Shown: piece by piece, positions 27,103 through 37,191 of the stretch
Numbering within the stretch: position 1 is the stretch's first letter
Layout of the letters: each line of letters begins with the position of its first letter
Assembly (NCBI GenBank): GCA_029226955.1
Contig: JAQXZA010000137.1
Coordinates: 13,005-77,004, forward strand
Source: Clostridia bacterium
Lineage (GTDB): Bacteria; Bacillota; Clostridia; Oscillospirales; Acutalibacteraceae
Direction of reading: 5' to 3'
DNA: 64,000 bases
Notes under the pieces: generated by a model
Seen by the model: the letters and a program-made list of their open reading frames with translations, nothing else
Told to the model about the DNA's origin: nothing
The model's database searches: none
Translations under genes and position numbers: made by a program

Positions 27103-27522
27103 ATGATTATTTTGTCTGTTGATTATGGCAGAGTAAGAACAGGCATTGCAGTATGTGACAAAAGTGAAATTATTGCCTCTCCCGTTACCGTAATAAAAGA
27201 AGTAAGACAGGAAGTCCTTGCTGAAAAAATTGCCGATATAGCAAAGCAGAAACACGCTGAACTTATCGTAATGGGACTTCCACGAAATATGGACGGAAGT
27301 GAGGGGGAAAGTGCAGAAAATGTCCGTGCTTTTTCTGAAATTCTCAAAGAAAAAACATCTCTTGAAATAGTTCTCCGTGACGAAAGATGCACAACGGTCA
27401 CCGCTTATGAATATCTTAATATTACAGATACCCGTGGAAAAAAGCGAAAGGCTGTTGTTGACAGTGTTGCGGCTACAATTATTCTTGAAGACTTTTTGAA
27501 TTTCAGGAGGAATAAGAAATGA
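27103..27522 (+). CDS. ruvX: Holliday-junction resolvase-like / pre-16S rRNA nuclease RuvX (YqgF)
   Basis: N-terminus ILSVDYGRVRTGIAVCD, then GLPRNMDGSEGE and DERCTT. Confidence 0.92.
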   Translation: MIILSVDYGRVRTGIAVCDKSEIIASPVTVIKEVRQEVLAEKIADIAKQKHAELIVMGLPRNMDGSEGESAENVRAFSEILKEKTSLEIVLRDERCTTVTAYEYLNITDTRGKKRKAVVDSVAATIILEDFLNFRRNKK

Positions 27523-28442
27523 CTGTTCTTCCGAGCCAGAAACTAACCATAGGTGAATTGTTTGTATCACTTGCGGCAGGTCTTATGTTTTTTCTTCTGC
27601 CTAATGATGCAAAAAACCAGTTCGATTCAATCATCATAAGCGAATGTTTTGTGATGTTGATATGTTCTGTAATAACGCTTGTGCTGTTTATTATAATAAA
27701 GCGGTTTGAGGCAGTCGGAGTGGCTATGCTGACCTATGCCGTTTTAACTCTTGTAAATATTGTTTTCAGCATAATAACAGGGATTTTTTCAAACACAAAG
27801 GATTACTGGCCAACCGTTTCAGAATATAATATCGTGTGTATGTTCATTATATGGGTTATACCATTTTTCTTTATGACAATTACACGACTTCTTCAAGGAG
27901 GACAGTACGATAACAACGAAAGACGAATGGGTTTTTCAAGATTTATTCTTCTGAGTATGAGAGCATTGCTGATACTTTACGGTCTTGTTATAATATTTAT
28001 GATGATAATTCCATACAAGCCACGCACAGAGTCCCCCCGTGAAATTGATTTTATGATTTTCAGCCGAATAGGCGACTGCATAAAAAACATACACGAGGAC
28101 GGCACAAAGTATATCTTGTGGCATAACTTTATATTAGCACCGCTTACATTTTATCTTCTTGTTCTCATACCAAAAATAAAATTCTGGCACTTGCTTATAA
28201 TATCAGGAACATTTGCTCTTACCATTGAGGCACTGCAATATCTGCTTAATACAGGAACAGCCTGTCTTGATGATATTATAATGTACATTGTCGGTGCAAT
28301 TATAGGAATAATGCTGAAACATCTTATAGATTCTGTAAGGTCTGTACTGACATCAGGAAAAGACGACTGTATGCTGAGTTACAGCTATACACCTATAAAG
28401 CGTAAAACCGACACTTCTGCCGCCGTAATAATTGACGAATAA
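27519..28442 (+). CDS. Polytopic membrane protein with a C-terminal VanZ-like region
   Basis: Seven or more hydrophobic helices. C-terminal IEALQYLLNTGTACLDDIIMYIVGAIIG resembles the VanZ family signature. The ATG overlaps the ruvX stop (ATGA). Confidence 0.55.
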   Translation: MTVLPSQKLTIGELFVSLAAGLMFFLLPNDAKNQFDSIIISECFVMLICSVITLVLFIIIKRFEAVGVAMLTYAVLTLVNIVFSIITGIFSNTKDYWPTVSEYNIVCMFIIWVIPFFFMTITRLLQGGQYDNNERRMGFSRFILLSMRALLILYGLVIIFMMIIPYKPRTESPREIDFMIFSRIGDCIKNIHEDGTKYILWHNFILAPLTFYLLVLIPKIKFWHLLIISGTFALTIEALQYLLNTGTACLDDIIMYIVGAIIGIMLKHLIDSVRSVLTSGKDDCMLSYSYTPIKRKTDTSAAVIIDE

Positions 28443-28444
28443 AA

Positions 28445-28484
28445 AGCACAGCCGCAAGAGAAGAAAAATTCTCTCGGCTGTGCT
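28445..28484. terminator. Bidirectional terminator (long hairpin) between the VanZ-like gene and the convergent small ORF
   Basis: Outer stem agcacagccg / cggctgtgct, inner stem agagaa / ttctct. Flanked by AAAAA upstream and TTTATT downstream. Confidence 0.75.
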
Positions 28485-28487
28485 TTA

Positions 28488-28522
28488 TTAGTTGATAGTG
28501 GTCAGTGATTAGTGTATAGTGT
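28488..28522 (+). repeat. Five tandem heptamers of the form WYAGTKN (ttagttg atagtgg tcagtga ttagtgt atagtgt), C-poor
   Basis: Read directly. Only one C in 35 nt. Confidence 0.75.
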
Positions 28523-28575
28523 ACTTCCGCCATTCTTAATACTGCTTATGCCAATTTTCGAGTGTACGAACACCG

Positions 28576-28755
28576 TCAATATCTTGGTCGATTTTTGCTC
28601 TCGTGTTTTTTCATTTCAAGAAATTCATTATAAGCTCTTTTAACATTTTCAGGTGAATTTTTACTCAACTTTGGTGTCAGTTTGTTGTCGAGTATCGTAT
28701 AAGGTTTAATCAATTCTATTATTTCATTTTCTTTTTCTGTCAAAAGGACACGCAT
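28576..28755 (-). CDS. Hypothetical small protein (59 aa)
   Basis: ORF MRVLLTEKENEIIELIKPYTILDNKLTPKLSKNSPENVKRAYNEFLEMKKHESKNRPRY, with the SD AGAGGTG 5-7 nt upstream of ATG 28755. No family recognised. The longer GTG 28788 start lies inside the repeat tract. Confidence 0.4.
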   Translation of the reverse strand: MRVLLTEKENEIIELIKPYTILDNKLTPKLSKNSPENVKRAYNEFLEMKKHESKNRPRY

Positions 28756-28780
28756 ATTATCACCTCTTTGAAGTTTTTTC

Positions 28781-28809
28781 AACTCCACACTTCACTCTCC
28801 ACACTCCAC
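28781..28809 (-). repeat. Inverted copy of the 29-nt GTGGAG heptamer element seen at 647-675
   Basis: The reverse complement reads gtggagtgtggagagtgaagtgtggagtt, against gtggagtgtggagagtggagtgtggagtt at 647-675 (28/29 identical). Lies between the mtaB stop and the small ORF, in sense orientation. Confidence 0.85.
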
Positions 28810-28814
28810 TCTCT

Positions 28815-30095
28815 TTATATCGGTTTTCCAAGACAAAAATCGTCGCCGCTGTCGGTGATTTTAACATCAAGGATTTTTCCGATACTGCTTTCGTCCGTAT
28901 CGACATAAACAAGGGTATAGTTCATCGTGTAGCCCTCGTAGCGTCCGTTTTTGTTACGTGTTTCAATGAGTACCTTTTCGGTTTTGCCGATTTGGGATTT
29001 GAGAAATTCCTTTCTTGTGCGTTCAGCGACTTTTGCCATTATTGCGGCTCTTTCTTTTTTTGTCGAATTAGATACCTGATTCGGTGCTTTGTCGGCAACT
29101 GTGCCGGCTCTGCGTGAATACGGGAAAATATGCACCTTTGCAAAGCCTGTTTTCTCGACAAATTCAACGGACTTTTTGAATTCTTCTTCCGTTTCGCCCG
29201 CAAAACCGACCATAACATCTGTTGTTATTGCAGGATTGTCAAAAACACTGCGGATATTGTTTACTATTTCGGTGTATTCGGCTGTTGTGTAGTGTCGGTT
29301 CATTCGTTTCAGTGTTTCGTCACAGCCACTTTGCAAGGAAAGGTGGAATTGAGGACAGAAATTTTTATATTTCGCAAAGATTTTAAGCGTTTCCAAATCC
29401 ATTGATTCGGGTTCAAGCGAACCAAGGCGGATTCGTACATCAGCACTTTCACAGGCTGTCTTTACAGCGTCAGCAAACGAAAGTCCATTATCACTGCCGA
29501 ATGACGAAAGATTTATTCCGACAAGAACAATTTCTTTATATCCGTTTGCCGCAAAAGCCTTTATTTCCTTGTCGATATATTCAAGTGAACACGAGCGTAC
29601 TCTGCCTCTTGCATAGGGGATAATACAATATGAGCAAAATCTGTTACAACCGTCCTCAATTTTGAGAAAAGCCCTTGTGCGTTCAACAAAATTGTCAACC
29701 GCAAGATTTTCGTATTCGTCTTTTTTTGCATATTCTTCAATGGCGGTTATTTTTTTTCTGTCGTTAAAGTATTGCGACAAAACAGGAACAATATCCGAAC
29801 GACGCTTGTTTCCGAGTACAATATCAACCTCAGGCAGTTTTTTATCAGGAAAAGCCTGTGCCATACAGCCGGTAAGCACAATAACGGTTTCAGGATTTTC
29901 ACGGCGGATACGGTGTATAAGTTTTACGGCTTTTTGTTCGCTTGCCGCTGTTACAGCACAAGAGTTGATTATTGTGATGTCAGCGTTTTCATTTTCGCCG
30001 ACAATTTCATATCCGTTTTTGCTGAGATTGCTGAACATAGCCTGTGTTTCAAATTGATTGACTTTACAGCCGAGTGTAAGAATTTTTACTTTCAT
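28815..30095 (-). CDS. mtaB: tRNA (t6A37) methylthiotransferase MtaB (radical SAM, MiaB-like)
   Basis: N-terminal UPF0004 domain (LGCKVNQFET), radical SAM motif CNRFCSYC, and a C-terminal TRAM-like domain. Confidence 0.88.
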   Translation of the reverse strand: MKVKILTLGCKVNQFETQAMFSNLSKNGYEIVGENENADITIINSCAVTAASEQKAVKLIHRIRRENPETVIVLTGCMAQAFPDKKLPEVDIVLGNKRRSDIVPVLSQYFNDRKKITAIEEYAKKDEYENLAVDNFVERTRAFLKIEDGCNRFCSYCIIPYARGRVRSCSLEYIDKEIKAFAANGYKEIVLVGINLSSFGSDNGLSFADAVKTACESADVRIRLGSLEPESMDLETLKIFAKYKNFCPQFHLSLQSGCDETLKRMNRHYTTAEYTEIVNNIRSVFDNPAITTDVMVGFAGETEEEFKKSVEFVEKTGFAKVHIFPYSRRAGTVADKAPNQVSNSTKKERAAIMAKVAERTRKEFLKSQIGKTEKVLIETRNKNGRYEGYTMNYTLVYVDTDESSIGKILDVKITDSGDDFCLGKPI

Positions 30096-30250
30096 ACTTT
30101 TTCCTTTCAGATTTTAAATAATTCAGTCAAAAAATAATAGAGTTTTTACTTAATTACAGTTGACCTTAAAGAAAAATATTGCTAAAATTAGAACATAATT
30201 TATATCTGCTTTACAGATTATAATAACAAATTAACTGTGGGGTGCTTAGT

Positions 30251-30502
30251 ATGTATTCAAATGAAATTTTCCTTAATGACTTAGAACACGTAAAACAATT
30301 TGTAGCGGTTACATCAAAATATGAAAAACTTCCTATCAATCTTGTTTCGGGAATATACATCATTGACGCACATTCTCTTATCGGAATAATCAGTCTTGAT
30401 ATTTCAAAGCCGATTGAACTTCAAGTGCCGTCTGATAACATACCTGAAAGTTTTTATGAGGACATAAAGCCTTTTCTTGCAAACAATCATACTCATAACT
30501 GA
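30251..30502 (+). CDS. HPr-fold small protein (PTS HPr-like, apparently lacking the canonical His15 context)
   Basis: The pattern LNDLEHVKQFVAVTSKYEKLPINLVSGIYIIDAHSLIGIISLDISKPIEL resembles the clostridial HPr-family orphans (from memory). ATG 30251 is preferred over GTG 30242. Confidence 0.45.
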   Translation: MYSNEIFLNDLEHVKQFVAVTSKYEKLPINLVSGIYIIDAHSLIGIISLDISKPIELQVPSDNIPESFYEDIKPFLANNHTHN

Positions 30503-30508
30503 TTTTAC

Positions 30509-30533
30509 GGGACGCAGAAATGCGTCCCTTTTT
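30509..30533. terminator. Bidirectional terminator between the HPr-like and ABC-F genes
   Basis: Stem gggacgca / tgcgtccc, GAAA loop, then TTTTT. Confidence 0.85.
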
Positions 30534-30538
30534 GTTAT

Positions 30539-32443
30539 TTAATTATCAGCAGTTTCAGAAAGCTGTTCCCACTCGGAATACATACTGTCAAGCAAAGATT
30601 GTGTTTCGTTGATTTTGTTTGTAGTGTCAAGTATCTTTTCGTAGTTGCTTGATATTTCAGGAGAATTAAGCTGTTCATTGAGCATTGACAATAAATCTTC
30701 TTTTTCGGCAATTTCCGTTTCAAGTTTAACAAGTCTTGCACGTGCTTTTCGGCGGAGTGCGTCACGTTCTTTTTTGTTTTTGTATTCTGTTTGTTTTTCC
30801 TGACGGGGTTCAGCGGATTTTTCAGGCTGTTTGAACGGTTCAAACTTACTGAGAAAATCGTCATAATTTCCCTCAAATTTTTCAATGCCGTTTGGTGTGA
30901 GATAAAAAATCTTGTCGGCAAGACTGTTTATAAGATAGCGGTCGTGCGATACAATCAAAAGCGTTCCCTCATAATCTTTTAAAGCCTCCTGCAAAGCCTC
31001 ACAGGAATTTATATCAAGATGGTTTGTAGGTTCATCAAGCAGAAGAAAATTAGAACCCGACAGCATAAGTTCACTTAAAAGCACTCTTGCACGTTCGCCG
31101 CCGCTGAGAGTTGAAAGCGTTTTGAACACATCATCATTTTTGAATAAAAATCTTGCAAGCGTACTTCTTATTTCCGTGTTGGTCATAGATGGATATTTGT
31201 CAGATAATTCCTCAAAAACCGTTTTTTCGCTGTCCATACCCTGTTGTATCTGGTCATAATAGCCGATTTTAACACCCTCGCCGAAACGTATTCTCCCGCT
31301 GTTCGCCTGATATTTTCCAAGAAGTGTTTTCAGCAGAGAAGTTTTTCCGCAACCGTTAGGTCCTAAAATAAATATTCTTTCGCCACGGTGTATTTCCATT
31401 GATACATTTTCAAACAGCGGCAGACCGTCAAAGCACAAAGAGAGATTTGAAACATCAAGCACATCTTCACCGCTTTGTTCCTTTATGCCGAGATTAAAAT
31501 TTATCGCAGACGGGGCAGAGTCAGGTTTTTCAAGATTATTTTTTAAGCGGTCAATAACCTTTTGCTTGCTTTCAGCGGTTTTGATATTTTTTTCTCTGTT
31601 CCAGCGGTGCTGTTGTTCGACAATACCTTCAAGACGTTGTATTTCTTTCATTGTGTTGTCATAAACTCTTTGCATAGAAAGCTGATGTTCAGCCTTTTGC
31701 GGAAGATATGCCGAATAGTTACCTTTATAGGCTGTCATTTTTTTGTTTTCAAGTTCAAAGGTTCTGTTAGTGGTTTTGTCAAGAAAATATCTGTCGTGAG
31801 ATATTACAATATATGCACAGCCTGAATTTATAAGATATTCTTCAAGCCATTCAACAGCGTGTGTGTCAAGGTGGTTTGTCGGTTCGTCAAGCAAAAGAAA
31901 ATTAGCACCGCACAAAAGCAGTTTTGCAAGCTGTAATTTTGCACGTTGTCCGCCGCTGAGAGAGCTTATCGGCAAAGCCATCTGGTTATCGTCAAATCCC
32001 AGTCCGAGCAGTGCCGACCTTGCTCTTGCACGACAGGTAAGTCCGCCTTTTCGTGTAAACTCATCGTGTAAAAATGCCTGACGTTCAACCAGTTCATCAA
32101 GATTTCCGCTTTTTGAATTGATTTTTGCATTAAGCATATCAAGTTCATTTTCCATATCAGTCAATTCATCAAAAACCGTCATAACCTCATCATAAGCCGA
32201 GCGTTCAAGGTTTCTGCACACGTGCTGTTCCATATATCCGACAACGGTGTTTTTATTTATTATGATTGAGCCGCCTGATGCCGTATATTCACCTGTAAGA
32301 AGTTTAAACAGCGTTGTTTTTCCACAGCCGTTCACACCGATAAGACCGATACGGTCACCGTTCTGAACCTCAAAATTCATATTGTCAAAAAGCAGATTTT
32401 CTCCAAAATCCATCATAAGTCCGCTTACAGTAATAATTGCCAT
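30539..32443 (-). CDS. ABC-F family ATPase (two ABC cassettes, no TM domain, C-terminal coiled coil)
   Basis: Walker A GVNGCGKTT and GPNGCGKTS, signatures LSGGQRAK and LSGGERAR, with an inter-domain linker. The subfamily (translation factor or antibiotic resistance) cannot be told by eye. Confidence 0.9.
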   Translation of the reverse strand: MAIITVSGLMMDFGENLLFDNMNFEVQNGDRIGLIGVNGCGKTTLFKLLTGEYTASGGSIIINKNTVVGYMEQHVCRNLERSAYDEVMTVFDELTDMENELDMLNAKINSKSGNLDELVERQAFLHDEFTRKGGLTCRARARSALLGLGFDDNQMALPISSLSGGQRAKLQLAKLLLCGANFLLLDEPTNHLDTHAVEWLEEYLINSGCAYIVISHDRYFLDKTTNRTFELENKKMTAYKGNYSAYLPQKAEHQLSMQRVYDNTMKEIQRLEGIVEQQHRWNREKNIKTAESKQKVIDRLKNNLEKPDSAPSAINFNLGIKEQSGEDVLDVSNLSLCFDGLPLFENVSMEIHRGERIFILGPNGCGKTSLLKTLLGKYQANSGRIRFGEGVKIGYYDQIQQGMDSEKTVFEELSDKYPSMTNTEIRSTLARFLFKNDDVFKTLSTLSGGERARVLLSELMLSGSNFLLLDEPTNHLDINSCEALQEALKDYEGTLLIVSHDRYLINSLADKIFYLTPNGIEKFEGNYDDFLSKFEPFKQPEKSAEPRQEKQTEYKNKKERDALRRKARARLVKLETEIAEKEDLLSMLNEQLNSPEISSNYEKILDTTNKINETQSLLDSMYSEWEQLSETADN

Positions 32444-32598
32444 TTAGTTCACCTGTTATATGTTTCGTTTTTAAATATAATATCATTTATCCGGCTGTTT
32501 TTCAAGCACAGAACCAACAGTTAATCATAATTGAAAACACTGATACATTATATATACAAAAATGATTTTATACTTCACATAAAACTTTTGAAAAAATA

Positions 32599-32627
32599 TT
32601 GACATTTTCACTTGAATATCTTATAAT
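32599..32627 (+). promoter_or_regulatory. Consensus sigma-A promoter for tRNA-Leu (TTGACA-17-TATAAT)
   Basis: TTGACA at 32599-32604, exact 17-nt spacer, TATAAT at 32622-32627. The tRNA 5' end lies 26 nt downstream. Confidence 0.8.
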
Positions 32628-32652
32628 AATTAAGTCGTTTAAAACAGAATAT

Positions 32653-32739
32653 GCCGGTGTGTTGGAATTGGCAGACGAGACGGACTCAAAATCCGTTGGT
32701 GGTAACACCGTGCGGGTTCGACCCCCGCCACCGGCACCA
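32653..32739 (+). tRNA. tRNA-Leu (anticodon CAA), class II with a long variable arm and encoded CCA
   Basis: Folded by hand. Acceptor gccggtg/caccggc, anticodon stem acgga/tccgt with loop ctCAAaa, variable stem ggtg/cacc, T-arm gcggg-ttcgacc-cccgc. Ends ACCA. 87 nt. Confidence 0.93.
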
Positions 32740-32747
32740 AATATAAA

Positions 32748-32778
32748 ATCCTGTACAGTTTGAGTGCAGGATTTTTGT
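32748..32778 (+). terminator. Rho-independent terminator after tRNA-Leu
   Basis: 9-bp stem atcctgtac / gtgcaggat (one G-U pair), 7-nt loop, then TTTTGTATTTT. Confidence 0.75.
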
Positions 32779-32803
32779 ATTTTATATTGTGTTACTAAGT
32801 AGC

Positions 32804-32846
32804 AAAAACCCCCTGAATACAGCGTTAAAGAACTGTATTCAGGGGG
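32804..32846 (-). terminator. Rho-independent terminator downstream of icd (minus strand)
   Basis: 14-bp stem ccccctgaatacag / ctgtattcaggggg. On the minus strand it is followed by TTTTT. Confidence 0.85.
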
Positions 32847-32868
32847 CTTTAATATTCTGAAATTATTT

Positions 32869-34083
32869 TTATGCGTTCATAAGTTTTGAAAGGCGGTTGT
32901 TGATTTCAACGAGGAAAGTTTCAGTGTCAACCTTTTTCTTGTTTTCAAGTGTAGAAAGAAGATAGAGGTCGCCTGTCATAACACCGTCTTCGATTGTGTC
33001 GATAGTAGCTTTTTCGAGCTTGTCGGCAAAATCGCAAAGGTCAGGAGTGTTGTCAAGTTCGCCACGTTTTCTCAAAGCACCTGTCCACGCAAAGAGTGTA
33101 GCAACCGAGTTCGTTGAAGTTGTTTCGCCTTTGAGATATTTGTAATAGTGACGCTGAACTGTTCCGTGTGCAGCCTCGTATTCATAAATTCCGTCAGGAG
33201 AAACGAGAACAGAAGTCATCATTGCAAGAGAACCAAAAGCGGTTGCAACCATATCAGACATAACGTCACCGTCATAGTTCTTGCAAGCCCAGATATAACC
33301 GCCGTCTGAACGTACAACTCTTGCGACAGCGTCGTCAATAAGTGTGTAGAAATAAGTAATTCCGGCTGCTTCAAATTTATCTTTGTATTCTTTTTCAAAT
33401 ATTTCATTGAAAATATCTTTAAAGCGGTGGTCATATTTCTTTGAAATAGTGTCTTTTGTAGCGAACCAGAGATCCTGTTTTTTGTCGAGTGCAAAGTTAA
33501 AGCAAGCCTTTGCAAAACTTGCAATACTCTTGTCAATGTTGTGCAGTCCCTGAATAATACCGTCGCTGTCAAAATCGTGGATAAGCTGACGGCGTTCATT
33601 TCCGTCCTTGTCTGTTACAACGAGTTCAGCCTTACAGCCGCCCTCAACAACCATTTCGGTATTCTTGTAAACGTCGCCGTAAGCGTGACGTGCGATAGTA
33701 ATAGGCTTTTTCCAGTTTGAAATATAGGGTGTAATGCCTTTTACAAGGATAGGAGTTCTGAAAACAGTACCGTCAAGAATGGCTCTGATAGTGCCGTTAG
33801 GTGATTTCCACATCTGAGAAAGATTGTATTCCTTAACTCTTTCTGCGTTAGGTGTGATTGTAGCACATTTTACAGCAACACCATATTTCTTTGTTGCTTC
33901 GGCAGAATCAACGGTAACCTGGTCTTTTGTTTTTTCTCTGTTTTCAAGACCGAGGTCATAGTATTCACTGTTGAGGTCAACGTATGGATTGATAAGTATG
34001 TCCTTAATCATTTTCCATATAACCCTTGTCATTTCGTCGCCGTCCATCTCAACGAGAGGAGTTTTCATTTCGATTTTTTTCAT
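32869..34083 (-). CDS. icd: NADP-dependent isocitrate dehydrogenase (about 400-aa homodimeric, eukaryote-like type)
   Basis: N-terminus [15 protein letters not shown], and [14 protein letters not shown]. Overall colinear with the IDH1/IDP-type enzymes (from memory). Confidence 0.92.
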   Translation of the reverse strand: MKKIEMKTPLVEMDGDEMTRVIWKMIKDILINPYVDLNSEYYDLGLENREKTKDQVTVDSAEATKKYGVAVKCATITPNAERVKEYNLSQMWKSPNGTIRAILDGTVFRTPILVKGITPYISNWKKPITIARHAYGDVYKNTEMVVEGGCKAELVVTDKDGNERRQLIHDFDSDGIIQGLHNIDKSIASFAKACFNFALDKKQDLWFATKDTISKKYDHRFKDIFNEIFEKEYKDKFEAAGITYFYTLIDDAVARVVRSDGGYIWACKNYDGDVMSDMVATAFGSLAMMTSVLVSPDGIYEYEAAHGTVQRHYYKYLKGETTSTNSVATLFAWTGALRKRGELDNTPDLCDFADKLEKATIDTIEDGVMTGDLYLLSTLENKKKVDTETFLVEINNRLSKLMNA

Positions 34084-34168
34084 TAAATCTCATACCTTCC
34101 TTAATTTATTGAAATAATCCGCACACAGCTTTTGCCGTGTGCAGAATTATTTTGAAATTTTATAAAAA

Positions 34169-36103
34169 TCAGCCATTCTGTTTTGTGTAGTTAAGCAGAC
34201 CGCCGGCAAGGATAATATCCTTTGTACGTTCTGAAAGTTCGCATTTTACAAGAATTTCTTTTCCTGTTGTCTTGTTGATGATAACAAGGTCTTCTTTGCC
34301 TTCACTGATAAGTTTCTTTACATCAGGAATTGAAAGTTCATCTCCCTGAGAAATACCGTCATAATCAGCCTCGTTTACGAATGTAAGCGGCAGAATACCG
34401 GCATTGATAAGGTTTGAACGGTGAATACGGGCAAATGACTTAACAACAACAGCCTTTATTCCGAGATAAAGCGGAGCAAGAGCAGCGTGTTCACGTGAAG
34501 AACCCTGTCCGTAGTTTATACCACCGACAATAATGCTGCTGCCAAGCTGTTTTGCACGTGTGGGGAAGTCCTTGTCGCATACTGTAAAGCAGTGTTCAGA
34601 AATAGCCGGTATGTTTGAACGGAGAGGAAGAATTTTTGCACCGGCAGGCATAATATGGTCGGTTGTGATATTGTCGCCGACTTTGAGTGAACAAGGCACA
34701 TCAATACTTTCTTCAAGCGGAGAAGTCTTTGGATAAGGCTTGATGTTAGGACCTCTGAGAACTTCAACGCTGTCCATTTCCTCAACAGGAGCCGGAGCAA
34801 TAACCATATTGTCATTGTATTCAAATTTAGCCGGAAGCGGAATATTAACAGGTTCGCCGAGAGTTCTCGGGTCACAGAATACACCGGCAATAGCTGACGC
34901 AGCGGCTGTTTCAGGGCTGACAAGATAAATCTGACCGTCACGTGTACCTGAACGACCTTCAAAGTTACGGTTGAATGTACGGAGTGAAATACCCTTTGAG
35001 TTAGGTGACTGTCCCATACCGATACACGGACCACAGGCACATTCAAGTATTCTTGCACCTGATTCGATAATATCAGCCAAAGCACCGTTTCTTGCGAGCA
35101 TATTGTAAACCTGTTTTGAACCCGGAGCAATAGCAAGGCTGACATCAGGGTGAACCGTTTTGCCTTTAAGAATTGCAGCCACTCTCATAAGGTCAAGATA
35201 AGATGAGTTTGTGCAAGAACCGATACAAACCTGGTCAATCTTCTGTGGACCGATTTCCTCAATAGTCTTTACATTGTCAGGGCTGTGCGGACAAGCAGCC
35301 ATAGGAACGAGTTTTGAAAGGTCAATGTCGATAACTTCATCATAAACAGCGTCTTTGTCAGGTTGAAGTTCAACCCAGTCTTCTTCACGACCCTGTGCCG
35401 CCATAAATTCTCTTGTTATTTCGTCAGACGGGAAGATTGAAGTTGTTGCACCGAGTTCAGCACCCATATTTGTAATGGTTGCTCTCTCAGGAACAGTAAG
35501 AGTCTTAACACCTTCACCGCCGTATTCTATAATTTTGCCAACGCCGCCTTTAACGGACATAATACGGAGAACTTCAAGAATAATATCCTTTGCCGAAACC
35601 CACGGCTGTAACTTGCCTGTAAGGTTAATTCTTACCATTTTCGGCATAGAAATATAGTAAGCACCGCCGCCCATAGCAACAGCAACATCAAGACCGCCCG
35701 CACCTATTGCAAGCATACCGATACCGCCGCCTGTTGGAGTATGGCTGTCTGAACCGATAAGCGTCTTGCCGGGTTTGCCGAAACGTTCAAGATGAACCTG
35801 ATGGCAGATTCCGTTGCCCGGTCTTGAAAAATAGATACCGTGTTTTTTTGCAACAGTCTGAATAAAACGATGGTCGTCAGCGTTTTCAAAACCTGTCTGT
35901 AAAGTGTTGTGGTCAATGTAGGCAACGCTTTTTTCAGTTTTTACACGAGGTACGCCGATAGCCTCAAATTCGAGATATGCCATAGTACCCGTTGCGTCCT
36001 GAGTAAGAGTCTGGTCAATTTTCAGACCGACCTCACTGCCGACTGTCATATCACCGCTGAGAAGGTGAGCTTTGATGATTTTCTGAGCAAGAGTGTAATT
36101 CAT
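34169..36103 (-). CDS. acn: Aconitate hydratase (about 640-aa clostridial type)
   Basis: Fe-S ligand contexts GSDSHT, IGSCTNSS and CGPCIGMG, with a C-terminal swivel domain GINYGQGSSREHAA. ATG 36103 follows the SD AGGGGGA. The track start at 36154 adds 17 implausible residues. Confidence 0.92.
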   Translation of the reverse strand: MNYTLAQKIIKAHLLSGDMTVGSEVGLKIDQTLTQDATGTMAYLEFEAIGVPRVKTEKSVAYIDHNTLQTGFENADDHRFIQTVAKKHGIYFSRPGNGICHQVHLERFGKPGKTLIGSDSHTPTGGGIGMLAIGAGGLDVAVAMGGGAYYISMPKMVRINLTGKLQPWVSAKDIILEVLRIMSVKGGVGKIIEYGGEGVKTLTVPERATITNMGAELGATTSIFPSDEITREFMAAQGREEDWVELQPDKDAVYDEVIDIDLSKLVPMAACPHSPDNVKTIEEIGPQKIDQVCIGSCTNSSYLDLMRVAAILKGKTVHPDVSLAIAPGSKQVYNMLARNGALADIIESGARILECACGPCIGMGQSPNSKGISLRTFNRNFEGRSGTRDGQIYLVSPETAAASAIAGVFCDPRTLGEPVNIPLPAKFEYNDNMVIAPAPVEEMDSVEVLRGPNIKPYPKTSPLEESIDVPCSLKVGDNITTDHIMPAGAKILPLRSNIPAISEHCFTVCDKDFPTRAKQLGSSIIVGGINYGQGSSREHAALAPLYLGIKAVVVKSFARIHRSNLINAGILPLTFVNEADYDGISQGDELSIPDVKKLISEGKEDLVIINKTTGKEILVKCELSERTKDIILAGGLLNYTKQNG

Positions 36104-36164
36104 TTTATAGTCCCCCTTTTTGAATATGATACAATTATAATATAACTGTATCAATATACTTTAT

Positions 36165-36193
36165 ATTATCCTTCAAAAAGCGACATTTGTCAA
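36165..36193 (-). promoter_or_regulatory. Sigma-A-type promoter for acn-icd (TTGACA-17-GATAAT on the minus strand)
   Basis: The reverse complement of 36188-36193 is TTGACA. A 17-nt spacer follows. The reverse complement of 36165-36170 is GATAAT. Confidence 0.5.
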
Positions 36194-36261
36194 TGGTATA
36201 ATTGATAATTGAATGTTTTTATATGAGTGTAAAATAAAAACTTATCTGTTATCAGTGATTT

Positions 36262-37191
36262 TTATTGGCTTATGCTTTGTGCGAATCCTACAATCAAAGG
36301 CATAGTAATTACCGAAAGCAAGGTTGACATTGTGACAAGATTAACCGAAAGTGAAGTATCGTTTCCGAATTTTGCCGCAAACATAGTTGTTGCCGCCGCA
36401 GAAGAGGCGGCTGTTGCAATAAGACAGGCAATAAGCACCTTGCCGTTTATACCGCAGAGCATAAAAACTCCAAGCGAAATCAGTGGCACTATTACAAGCC
36501 TTAATCCCACACAAATAAAATTTTTTATATTTTTAAATGCGTCAAGAATTTTTGATTGTGACAGATAAAAGCCAATAATTATCATCGGCACAGGAGTATT
36601 GAGTGCTGACAAATATCCTATCGGTTCTGAGATAATATCGGGTACAGGTATTGAAAAAACAAAAATGATAATTCCGAATGCAACAGCAATAATACAGGGA
36701 TTAAGAAATATCTTTTTAGGCGAAAGCATTTTAATATCGCCGCTTGAAATATAAACACCAGCCGTCCACATCACGATATTGAAAATTGCGATATATGCCG
36801 CACCGTAGAATACACCTTCATTTCCGAGCAAAGCCTGTTGTAACGGCAAAGAGATAAATCCGCAGTTTGAAAAAACCGTTGCAAATTTATACACACGGTT
36901 TCGTGTATCTTTTTTATCGTGAAATACAAAGTGTGAAATAAGAATTGAAAACATCATAACAAACAGAGCCGCCGCCGCAGATACAAGAAAGCCTTCAAGC
37001 ATTGTCTGGTCAAATTTTCTTATAAAACTCTTTATTATTACGCACGGACAAACTATGTATAATACAAGGTCATTTATTGATTTAACGGAATTTTCGTTCA
37101 GCATTTTAATTTTTCCGCATAAAAAGCCAACAGCGATAAGAATAAACAAAATAAGCACCTGATGTGCAACAGTCAAAAAATTCTGAATCAT
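36262..37191 (-). CDS. AEC (auxin efflux carrier) family transporter
   Basis: About 10 TM helices. The N-terminal pattern QVLILFILIAVGFLCGK and the overall two-repeat layout are typical of AEC/malate-permease-like proteins. Confidence 0.8.
   Translation of the reverse strand: MIQNFLTVAHQVLILFILIAVGFLCGKIKMLNENSVKSINDLVLYIVCPCVIIKSFIRKFDQTMLEGFLVSAAAALFVMMFSILISHFVFHDKKDTRNRVYKFATVFSNCGFISLPLQQALLGNEGVFYGAAYIAIFNIVMWTAGVYISSGDIKMLSPKKIFLNPCIIAVAFGIIIFVFSIPVPDIISEPIGYLSALNTPVPMIIIGFYLSQSKILDAFKNIKNFICVGLRLVIVPLISLGVFMLCGINGKVLIACLIATAASSAAATTMFAAKFGNDTSLSVNLVTMSTLLSVITMPLIVGFAQSISQ

Noticed and set aside
27040-27570. 176-aa minus-strand ORF
   Set aside because: It is antisense to ruvX, which has the canonical YqgF N-terminus. 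This is a shadow ORF.
30251-30502. HPr-like orphan as a novel regulator
   Set aside because: The assignment rests only on remembered similarity to clostridial HPr-family orphans. The genomic context gives no clue, since the gene is isolated between terminators. Evidence is too thin to raise it as a finding.
32599-32850. tRNA-Leu as a possible integration hotspot or genomic-island boundary
   Set aside because: No integrase, no direct repeat of the tRNA 3' end and no phage or transposon genes occur on either side. The flanking genes (ABC-F, icd, acn) are housekeeping.
32869-36103. Aconitase plus isocitrate dehydrogenase without citrate synthase, considered as an unusual partial pathway
   Set aside because: An acn-icd pair for 2-oxoglutarate and glutamate synthesis is common in anaerobic Firmicutes, and citrate synthase may be encoded elsewhere. 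This is not anomalous on the present evidence.
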